A stretch of 64,000 nucleotides of DNA, taken from contig OZ024742.1 of NCBI GenBank assembly GCA_964016885.1, positions 218,116,001-218,180,000 of the forward strand. Direction: 5' to 3'. Every line of letters starts with the position of its first letter. Positions within the stretch are counted from its first letter, which is position 1. The notes beneath the pieces are model-generated. The model was not told the origin of the DNA. It worked only from the letters and a program-made list of their open reading frames with translations, and did no database searches. Shown piece after piece: positions 52,334 through 64,000 of the stretch. The position numbers and the translations under genes were made by a program. This DNA is from Eledone cirrhosa (lineage: Eukaryota).

Positions 52334-52463
52334 ACCACAATGTTCGATTTGTCAAGCTATTTAAACGTATGTTATTACGCTAAGGACCTAACTTATCGAG
52401 TGCTTTGCTAACTCATCATTTCATATAAGTAGGCCGCCAGAGATTCGATTTTACTAAATTTCC

Positions 52464-52583
<120 letters not shown>

Positions 52584-52957
52584 ATGTGTGTGTGTGAGAG
52601 AGAGTGTGTGTGCGGGTGTGTGTGTGTGTGTGTCTAGGAGAGAGAGAGAGAGAGAGAGAGCGAGACAAAATGGCCGAATGGTTAAGGAGTGACCTATGCA
52701 GTCATTAAGTCTCGTGTTCAATCCCATTACGTGATATTTTCCATAGTCTCACGTTGACCCATGTCCTGTGAGTTTAGTAGGTGCATTAATTGTGTCTGTA
52801 TTTCAAAGGGACTGTTATTTCCCACTCTGTGTCATGCTGAATCTCCCTGAGAATTACGTTAATAGTACATCTTTTGTCATTCACACATTAATTTCATGAG
52901 CAGGTTGTTCAGTAGAACGAGCAGCTGGACCGTTCTTCGTCGAAACAGACGGAGATC

Positions 52958-53481
<524 letters not shown>

Positions 53482-53602
53482 CGGTTTCAACACACGTTTT
53501 CAGATAAAGAATCTTGCTAAACAAATTCAGAAACGAAATATATATATATATATATATATATACGATATTAATAAATGGAAACTATATTTATAAAACCATA
53601 TT

Positions 53603-53667
53603 TATTTCATTATACATATTTCAGGGATACCAAAATAAATTATGGTATGCCTTCATCAGACAAAATA
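53603..53667 (-). ncRNA. Type I hammerhead ribozyme (left arm)
   Basis: Mirror image of 53816-53880. Confidence 0.8.
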
Positions 53668-53815
53668 CAATATATAACAGTTTTACAAATAAGCTTTGAC
53701 GTACCCTATTAAAATGCAACCATTGTTTTTGGAAGTTATCCGGATGACTTCCAAAAACAATGGTTGCATTTTAATAGGGTACGTCAAAGCTTATTTGTAA
53801 AACTGTTATATATTG

Positions 53816-53880
53816 TATTTTGTCTGATGAAGGCATACCATAATTTAATTTGGTATCCCTGAAATATGTATAATGAAATA
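53816..53880 (+). ncRNA. Type I hammerhead ribozyme (right arm)
   Basis: tattttgt CTGATGA agg c atacca taatttaatt tggtat c cct GAAA tatgta TA atgaaata; 8-bp stem I with two G.U pairs. Confidence 0.8.
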
Positions 53881-54008
53881 AATATGGTTTTATAAATGTA
53901 GTTTCCATTTATTAATATCGTATATCTACTCCAAATACTTGTCGAGTGCTTTATATCAGTTATAAAAATATTTACTTGTTGTATCCCAACAATTTTAAAT
54001 AGAACTTT

Positions 54009-54050
<42 letters not shown>

Positions 54051-54081
54051 CACACACATATATATCTATATATCTATATGC

Positions 54082-54168
<87 letters not shown>

Positions 54169-54288
54169 CACACATATATATATGAAAGAGAGAGAAAGAG
54201 AAACTTATAGCCCAAGATATTTAGACAAGCACACACATTTTACATTGATAATTGCATGTACACATGCATACTCATATGCTTGTCTGTA

Positions 54289-54359
<71 letters not shown>

Positions 54360-54532
54360 AGTACAATATGTCTGCACAATGCCAGACATATACACACATG
54401 TTGATGTTTACAGTACAGCTGGTATATATTTACCACCACACCTACACACTTACCATTTTCCATCTTTTCACCACCCAGCAACCCTACACTTTCCCTTTGA
54501 TTCCTTTCTCTCTCTCTCTCTCTCCCCCTCTC

Positions 54533-54598
<66 letters not shown>

Positions 54599-54864
54599 CC
54601 TCTCTCTCTGTCTCTCTCTCCTTCTCTCTCCTTCCCTCTCTCTTTCACTCTCCCTCCGATATTTCTTCTTTTATCTCTGTCTCTCTCTATTTCTCTCATT
54701 TTTTCCTTTTCTGTTAGTCGCTCTGCTTGTCTTCTGAATATGTATATATATAAACACACACACACAAACATATATATGTATGTATATGTATATATATATA
54801 TATACAGTATTTATTTATATATATATATGTATATATATGTAAGTATATATGTATATATATGTAA

Positions 54865-54935
<71 letters not shown>

Positions 54936-55043
54936 CATATATATATGTATGTATATATATATATGTATGTATATATATATATGTATGTATATATATATAT
55001 ATATGTATGTATATATAAATATATATATATACAGTATATATAT

Positions 55044-55079
<36 letters not shown>

Positions 55080-55180
55080 CATATGAATATGTGTATATAT
55101 GCATATACATATATATACTTATATATGTATATGTGTATATATGCATGTGTATATATATATATATATATATACATACATAC

Positions 55181-55230
<50 letters not shown>

Positions 55231-55411
55231 GCATATGTGTATATATGCATGTATGTATTTATGTATGTATATATGTGTGTATGAGTGTGTGCGTGTGTTT
55301 ATTTACACACGCAAATACATATATGCCCAGATGTGCTTCGTTCTGCATTTGTATTGAGTACTTTTTTCTGATTAATGTACATTCTTTTACATTTCACACA
55401 CACACACACAC

Positions 55412-55478
<67 letters not shown>

Positions 55479-55599
55479 TGTGTGTGTGTGTGTGTCTTTA
55501 TCTCTATCTCTATCTCTTTCACTCCTTCCTCACCGACACCCACCATAGCCACCTCTACCGACACTGATACCCCCACCACCATTTGCCTCCAACACTACC

Positions 55600-56979
55600 A
55601 GCAGCAGCAGCAGCAGCAGTATCTCCACCACCACCACCACCCTCACCACCATCGCCACCACCATTACTACCACCATCACCAACACCACCATCACCACAAC
55701 CATCACCACCACCACCATCACCACAACCATCACCACCACCACCACCATCACCACCACCACCATTACCACCACCATCCCCCCCACACACACACACCACCAC
55801 CACCACCACCACTACCTCCAACCCCCCAATCGCCACCACCATTACCACCACCATCATCACCCCCCACACCACTACCATCACCACCATTCCCCCCCCCCCC
55901 CCCCACCACTACGACCACCACCATCACCACCACCACGACCACACCACCACCACACCACCACCACACCACCACACCACCACCACACCACCACACCACCACC
56001 ACACCACCACACGACCACCACCACACCATCACCACCACAACCACCACGACCACCACCACACCACCACCACCACCACCACCACAGCCACCACCACCACCAC
56101 CACCACCACCACAACCACCACACCACGACCACCACACCACCACCACCATCACCACCACCACGACCACACCACCACCACACCACCACCACACCACCACACC
56201 ACCACCACACCACCACCACCACCACCACCACCACCACCACAACCACCACGACCACCACCACGACCACCACCACACCACCACCACCACCACCACCACAGCC
56301 ACCACCACCACCACCACCACAACCACCACCACCACCACCACACCACCACCACCGCCGCCCATCAAACATTATATATCCCTTCCAGTTTTCATGTGAACTC
56401 CTAAGAAGCAATCAATTCTTACTCTACACTTTCTCACTGTTTTTCAATGTTTTTTTTGTGGTTCCTGATGTTGTTGTTGTTTTAGTTGTAGTTGTAGGTG
56501 TTGTTGTAGTTGTTGTTGTAGTTATTGTTGTAGTTGTTGTAGTTGTTGTTGTAGTTGTTGTTGTAGTTGTTGTTGTAGTTGTTGTTGTAGTTGTTGTTTT
56601 AGTTGTTGTTGTAGTTGTTGTTGTAGTTGTTGTTGTAGTTGTTGTTGTTGTTGTAGTTGTAGGTGTTGTTGTAGTTGTAGTTGTTGTTGTAGTTGTTGTT
56701 GTAGTTGTTGTTGTAGTTGTTGTTGTTGTTGTAGTTGTAGGTGTTGTTGTAGTTGTTGTTGTAGTTGTAGTTGTAGTTGTTATTGTAGTTGTTGTTGTAG
56801 TTGTTGTTGTAGTTGTTGTTGTAGTTGTTGTAGTTGTTGTAGTTGTAGGTGTTGTAGTTGTAGTTGTTGTTATTGTAGTTGTTGTTGGTGTTGTAGTTGT
56901 TATTGTAGTTGTTGTTGTTCTTGTTGTTTCAGCTATTTATTATTATTATCTCTTTCTTAGCGCACGAGGGGTGGAGGTG

Positions 56980-57046
<67 letters not shown>

Positions 57047-57050
57047 CATG

Positions 57051-57085
<35 letters not shown>

Positions 57086-57113
57086 ATGTATATACATATG
57101 TATATATATATAG

Positions 57114-57170
<57 letters not shown>

Positions 57171-57203
57171 TATATATATATACATGTATATATATATATA
57201 TAT

Positions 57204-57283
<80 letters not shown>

Positions 57284-57391
57284 GTTTCTACAGTCATATA
57301 TATATATATATATATATGTTTCTACAGTCATATATATATATATATATATGTATCTACAGTCATATATATATATATATATATGTATCTACAG

Positions 57392-57437
<46 letters not shown>

Positions 57438-59255
57438 CTGTAGGTGGGGGGGAGGGGGGTTCTCTACCAATTTTGTTCCTTACATCAATCCATATTTGTT
57501 ACTGCGCCTGCTGTTGTTTATATTCTCTCGCCTCACATATGCCCCCAAATCTCTGCCACCGCCACCACCACAACCACCGCCACCACCACAACCACCGCCA
57601 CCACCACCGACACCATACCCACACAAACGCCATCACCATTCCAACATCAACACCTCCCCCACCATCATCATACCGACATTAACACCTCCACCATTCCAAT
57701 AGGAACACCAACTCCACCACCACCTACACCAACTCCACCACAGCAACAACACTACCAGCACCCCCATCGCCGTCACCACCACCACCACCACCACCACCAC
57801 AGCAACAACAACCGCAACATTACCACTAACGCTACTTGTCTAACACCACCAGTTAACCACTCATAACACCATCACCCGCCACCGCTGGCTGCCACCACCA
57901 CCACCACCACCACCAAAACCACCATCACCACCAACACCACCACCATCACCGCCGCTGCCACCACCACCACCACCAACCTAACCACCACCACCACCACCAC
58001 CACCACCACCATCAGTGTCACCCGTACAAACACCAACAATAACACCACTATCACCACCACCCCTTCTAACAGCACTAGACCACACACCACCGCCATCACC
58101 ACTATCACCTTCACCCCCACTAACATCACCAGACCATCACCAAAATCCCATCATCACCACTATCATCCTCACCCATACTAACATCACCCCACCTCCACCA
58201 CCACCATCACTACTATCGCACTTACCCCCACTAACATCACCACCACCATCAACAACACCACCAACACCACCAACAATCCCTCCACCCTCACCACCACCAC
58301 CACCACCACCACCACCACTACCACAACCACTACCACCACCACCACCAATATCACCCTCACCCCACTAGCATCACCACCCCCACCACCACTACCACCACTA
58401 TCACCCTCACCCCCACTAACATCACCACCCCCACCACCACTACCACCACTATCACCCTCACCCCCACTAACATCACCAGACCAACACCAGCACCACCACC
58501 ACCACTACCACATCATCACCACCACCACCAACCCAACTACCATAACCACCACCACCACCACCACTATCGCCCTCACCCCTACTAACATCACTAGACCACC
58601 CCCAACACCACCACCACTATCACCCTCACCCCCACTAACATCAACCACCACCACCAACCACCACCACCACTATCACCCTCACCCACATTAACATCCACTA
58701 CCACCACCAACACCACCACCACTATCACCCTCACCCACATTAACATCACCACCACCACCAACACCACCACCACTATCACCCTCACCCACATTAACATCAC
58801 CACCACCACCAACACCACCACCACTATCACCCTCACCCACATTAACATCACCACCACCACCAACACCACCACCACTATCACCCTCACCCACATTAACATC
58901 ACCACCACCACCAACACCACCACCACTATCACCCTCACGCACATTAACATCACCACCACCACCAACACCACCACCACTATCACCCTCACCCCCCACTAAT
59001 ATCACCAGACCACCACCAACACCACCACCAACAACTCACCCCTACTATATGTCAGCCCCCCCCCCCCTCCTTCCTTAGTCCTCAATGTTCCCACCTCAAA
59101 ACCTCTCGCAATGTTTTCTTAAGAAAAAAAAATCTATAAATAAAATCACATTTTCCGCCTGTATTGGATCTTTCTGCAATATTTCTTCTTCTTCTTCTTC
59201 TTCTTCTTCTTCTTCTTCTTCTTCTTCTTCTTCTTCGACACATACGCATACACTA

Positions 59256-59319
<64 letters not shown>

Positions 59320-60240
59320 CTCTATATATATGTGTGTGTGTGTGTGTGTTTTATATATATGTATATATATATATATATATATCGATTGATATATCCCTTG
59401 CTCTTCACCCTCTTACATACCTTCTCCCCCTCCCTCTCCCTCCACCTCTATCTATCTTCCTCTCTCTCTCTCTCTCCTTCCCTATATTTCCTATCTCTCC
59501 CTTCCCTTCATTCATCCTCCCCCTCTCTGTCACATGTTTAGCCCACAACGTCTTTATATAATTTCTACTTTGTAAATATAAATTTAAAACCAACCAGATT
59601 TGTTAATTAAAACAAAAACATAACATGCTATTTCACTCTTCTCTTTCCTCCCTACTGTACCACCACCACCACCACCACCACCACCACCACCACCACCACC
59701 ACCACCACTACCACCTCCACCACCACCACCATCACCACCACCCTCACAAACGCCATTACAACTAAGACCACCACTACCAACACCAACATCACCATTAACA
59801 TTGCCCCGACGACAAACACCACCACCACCACCACCACCACCACCACCACCACCACCACCACCACCACCACCACCACCACCACCACCACCACCACCACCAT
59901 CACCACCACCATCACAAACGCCATTACAACTAAGACCACCACTACCAACACCAACATCACCATTAACATTGCCCCGACGACAAACACCACCACCACCACC
60001 ACCACCACCACCACCACCACCACCACCACCACCATCACCACCACCATCACAAACGCCATTACAACTAAGACCACCACTACCAACACCAACATCACCATTA
60101 ACATTGCCCCGACGACAAACACCACCACCACCAGTACCACCACCACCACCATCACCTCCACCACAAATGCCATTACAACTAAGACCACCACTACCAACAT
60201 CACTATTAACATAGCCCCCCCCCCCCCCCCCTACCACCAT
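55600..60240. repeat. (CAC)n, (GTT/GTA)n, (TA)n fields and derived minisatellites (54-bp unit at 58680-58990; variable unit at 59660-60210)
   Basis: Direct reading. Confidence 0.92.
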
Positions 60241-60384
60241 CACGACCACCACCCCAACCGCTGCCGCCGCCACCAAAACCATGCGTTGCCAGTTCATTCC
60301 ACTCAAGTGCTGCTGTTTTATTAAACAAATATCTCCAGTGGTTTCTTAGCTCATAAATCTTGGGAAAAACGTTTACAATGGCAG

Positions 60385-60675
60385 GTTGGTCTTATATGAA
60401 ATGTTGATCTTCTGGCTGACAATTAGACATTCTTCCTGTGTGTTTAATCCGGCAACCAGCTGTTGGTCTTATATAAAATAATGTTGATCTTCTGGCTAGC
60501 AATTAAACATTCTTCTTGTGTGTTTAATCCGGAAACCAGCTATTGGTCTTATGTAAAGTATAGTTGATTTTCTGGATAACAATTATACATTCTTCTGTGT
60601 TTTTAATCCGGCAACCAGTTGGTGGTCTTATGTAAAGTATATTGATCTTCTGGCTAACAATTAAGCTGGTCTTAT
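60385..60675. repeat. ~80-bp tandem repeat, ~3.5 copies
   Basis: tggtcttat..gttgatcttctggct..caatta.acattctt..tttaatccggcaaccag. Confidence 0.88.
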
Positions 60676-61045
60676 GCACCAGTAACTCATTTTTTTCAGC
60701 TGAGTGGACTGGAGTATGTAAAATATAGTATTTTGCTCAAGAACACTACGTACCGCTTAGTCTGTAAAAAAAAACATGACTTTCCTATTATGAACCCAAC
60801 ACCGTAACCACTAAGCATCACACCTTCACATTCATATACAAAAAATGGGATGCACATGGCAGGGATACCTTTAATAACAGGCATGGTTAATCAATACAGT
60901 TCTGGGCCTAAACAACTAATAGTGTTTAACTTATTTTCTTCACTCTCGAAGAATGAGTGGCATTTGAACGGACAAAGGAATATAAACCAAATACCTTGCG
61001 CTATTTGATTCGACTGCTTTACTGATTCTACCAATGCACCAATTA

Positions 61046-62215
61046 TATTGGGTTCTTCAGAAATTAATGTAGGTTTTATGTTTTTGCAGGTTTCAACATT
61101 TTAAAGAATAAAATCTCACGCAAGGTTTGTAAAATCTCACGCAACGTGTGTAAAATTATATATAATTTTTAATATTTTATGCTCTTTCTTTTTATGTAAT
61201 TCATTTAAAATATAAATTATATTTTTTTCAATTTTCAGATTTTTGAAGTTAAGATGTTAAAACAAGATTTTCACCAGATTTATTTCCAAGAACTTAAACT
61301 CGACCGCAGTGCAGCATTAACTGCTAGAAACATCAATGAAATTTGGTGCCAAGGAAGTGTTGATTAATGAATTCACACTGAAAAGCTGCTTTAAAAATTC
61401 CGTCGTGGTGAATTTTCTCTTGAAGATAAGGAAGGTCGTGGACGTTCTTCTGTCGTTGACAACGGAATTGGAAAATAGATAAAGCTTGAAAAACGAGTGC
61501 CAATTGAAAACCCGGAAAATTACCGTTATGAAATTCACTTCTTTTGCACCATAAAAACAACGAATTTCTTGGTCGCATTGTGACATGCGATGAATAGTGA
61601 ATTCTCTGAAGAAACCAGTGACGTTCAGCACAGTGGCTAGATAGGTATGAAGCTCTTAAACACTTTCCAAAGTTGCACCAAAAGAAGGTTATGATGAATT
61701 TTTGGTGGTTCGTTGCCGGATTAATTTACAAATTTCCTGAATCCTGGTGAAACAACCACAGCAGAGAAGTATTGTCATTAAATTGATGTACTGCATAAAA
61801 ATATGCAGCGTATGTGTCAAGCATTGGTGAATAGAAAAAGTAAAATCTTCTTGCACGACAACGCTCGGTCACATTTCGCATAACCAGCACTCCAGATGTT
61901 AAACAAATTGAGCTACAAAGCTAGCTCTGCCTCATTCAGCATACTTACCAAATCTTTTACATGGCGATTACCACTTTTTCAAGTCTTTCGACAACTTCTT
62001 GTTAGGAAAATTCTTCAACAGCCGCAAGAAATGCCTTCGAAAAATGTCTCGCCTCCAGTACTTCAGAATTCACCAGAATGAATAAATTGTATCTTGATGG
62101 CAAAAATGTGTAGATTTTAATGGTTTTTATTTCGATCAATAAAGTTTAATCTGGACTGAGATATGTCGTTTTAAAGTTAATCTTTACAAAGCTGCATACA
62201 TTTTTGAACATGTAT
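61046..62215 (+). mobile_element. Decayed mariner (DD34D) transposon, internally deleted
   Basis: TARNINEIW, FRRGEFSLEDKEGRGR, FLGRIVTCDE, ILLHDNARSH, PHSAYLPNL..DYHFFKSFDNFL; many stops and frameshifts; end coordinates approximate. Confidence 0.85.
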
Positions 62216-62785
62216 CTGAATTTCATGTATCTTTTAAATTGTCTAACGAGAAGATATTTTGATATGTTTGATAGAGATGAAAAGATCTCGAGTAGATATT
62301 TTCTGATATTTTACTTTCTTCTTTCAATGAGTGTGAATATATCATTAAAGGAAATGGAAAAAACATGGTTCAAACAACCCTATATTTGAATAATTCACGA
62401 TATATATGTCACGACAGACGATAGTAATCGATGGATAAGATAGAATATTTTAAGGAATAAAAATAAAAAATAACAACCATAATATAAGCCCGTTGAGTTT
62501 CCTTTTGGTTGTTGCTAAATCTTTTTATAAGATGAAAAATGAATTTCAGTAGAAAACAAAAAAGACAAAAATAAACAAACAACATAAAAAGAACAAACAG
62601 AAACGAAATATATAATGGCAAATGACACGATGCAAATATTTACTGAGGTGTAATGAGACCTCGTTTTATATATTAGAAAATATAAAACAGTCGTTCTGAC
62701 ATAAAGAAGAGAAAAAACGGCATGAAGTTAGACGTAAGATATAATGATCCGTGAAACACTTAGTAAAGGCAGCTGGCAAGAGAAA

Positions 62786-62883
<98 letters not shown>

Positions 62884-63374
62884 AGAGAGAGAGGATGTTG
62901 TAGAAGAGTGACATACCACTTGATACCAAAATACAGGCTATTTAGCTCACTGGAGGCGCGCATCCGATCAATAAACAAACAAAGACAAGGCTACTTGCTA
63001 GTTTGTGTTCAATAGCAACAGATGATGAGTATAATATCTGGCTTTGCCTCTCTTCTCTCTCTCCTTCAATGAGTAATCAGTATTTGGCAAGAGAGAAAAC
63101 ACGAATAAATAAATAGAAATAAAAAAAATCTTCCAATTTATTTGATTCAAGGTAAAAATCGAGAACAATTACTGAAGCAACAGATAATGTTGAGGATACG
63201 ATTTTTATGAGGGGGAGGAAGAAAGAAAAGGAGAAAGAGAGAGAGAGAGAGAAAAGGCAAAGAGAAAAGACAGAGATAGATAGAAATTTAGATAGATAGA
63301 CAGATAGATAGAGATAGAGGAGGGATTTGGGTTTTAATATATGTATTGTATGTTTATTTTATTATTACTATGGT

Positions 63375-63912
63375 GGTGGTAGTTTGGGAGACTCAGTAGA
63401 TCGTCGGATTAGATATCTTGCGTATTAAATTATCTTTACGTTCTCCACCACGGTCAACTTTACTTTTCACCCTTTCGGAGGCAATAAAAGAAAGTACCAG
63501 TTATCTACTGAAGTCGATTTAATCGATTTCCATCTCCCCAATTTCTTGCAAGAAATAATTAATACGAGTGAGAGCAGTTGATTGGTATAATTTTTAGCTC
63601 ATCCGTCAAAATACTTCCAGGCATATAGTTACGCCCCTTTATGTTATGAGTTTAAATCCCACCAAATTGTTGTGCTTATTAATGAGAATCCTAAGGACGG
63701 TTGATTGGCAGTATCGATAGAGCATCGAATAATATACTTTACGGCATAGAAGTACGGCCCTTTACGTTCTGAGTTCAAATCCCACCGAGGTTAGCTTTGC
63801 CTTTCATCTTTACGGAGTAAATAAAATAAAGTACCAGTAACGTACTGGGGTCAATTTAATCGATTTTCCCCACCCCAAAAATTTGCTGGCCTTGTGCATA
63901 AAACAGAAACCA
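63375..63912 (+). mobile_element. Three SINE family A copies; the last (63695-63912) has TSD attaatgaga.tccta
   Basis: Family body. Confidence 0.82.
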
Positions 63913-64000
63913 TTAATGAGAGTCCTATAAATTTTGGGTGTCTTTGTCTTTCTAGAGAAGTTCCATGTGTATAATTTACAGGTAAACCTGAACTCTTGAC

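Larger units (their letters stand above)
53561..53922. mobile_element. 362-bp spacerless palindrome in (TA)n, carrying an HHR on each arm
   Basis: Axis between 53741 and 53742; only a few mismatches between arms. Confidence 0.92.

Noticed and set aside
54849-60306. Pro/His/Val/Gly-rich ORFs (extensin- or formin-like appearance)
   Set aside because: Derived from (CAC)n, (GTT)n and (TA)n repeats; no folded domain or supportable exon structure.

Overview
Eukaryotic, gene-free, repeat-saturated 64 kb window. The SINE family, microsatellite load and Dong/RTE/CRE/Penelope mix suggest a cephalopod (probably Octopus) intron or intergenic region; this is an inference. No host protein-coding exon can be supported, and almost all long ORFs are simple-repeat artefacts. 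Recognisable content: a 5'-truncated, frameshifted Penelope-like element (RT plus C-terminal GIY-YIG, 9991-12547), R4/Dong, RTE, CRE and CR1/L2 LINE remnants, two non-autonomous Helitrons, a decayed mariner and a mariner MITE, about 20 copies of one tRNA-SINE, a second older SINE, and many micro/minisatellites. The most notable signal is a population of short, ORF-less elements anchored in (TA)n, many of them fold-back (inverted-repeat) structures. They belong to several unrelated sequence families and carry about 12 type-I hammerhead ribozyme (HHR) folds, often with non-canonical cores and palindromic stem III. In three insertions the inverted arm begins at, or within 2 nt of, the predicted HHR cleavage site. 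In another family the fold-back axis is the putative HHR stem II loop. Together these suggest a ribozyme-defined twin-priming or fold-back integration mechanism. All folds were read by eye, and repeat boundaries are approximate unless stated.
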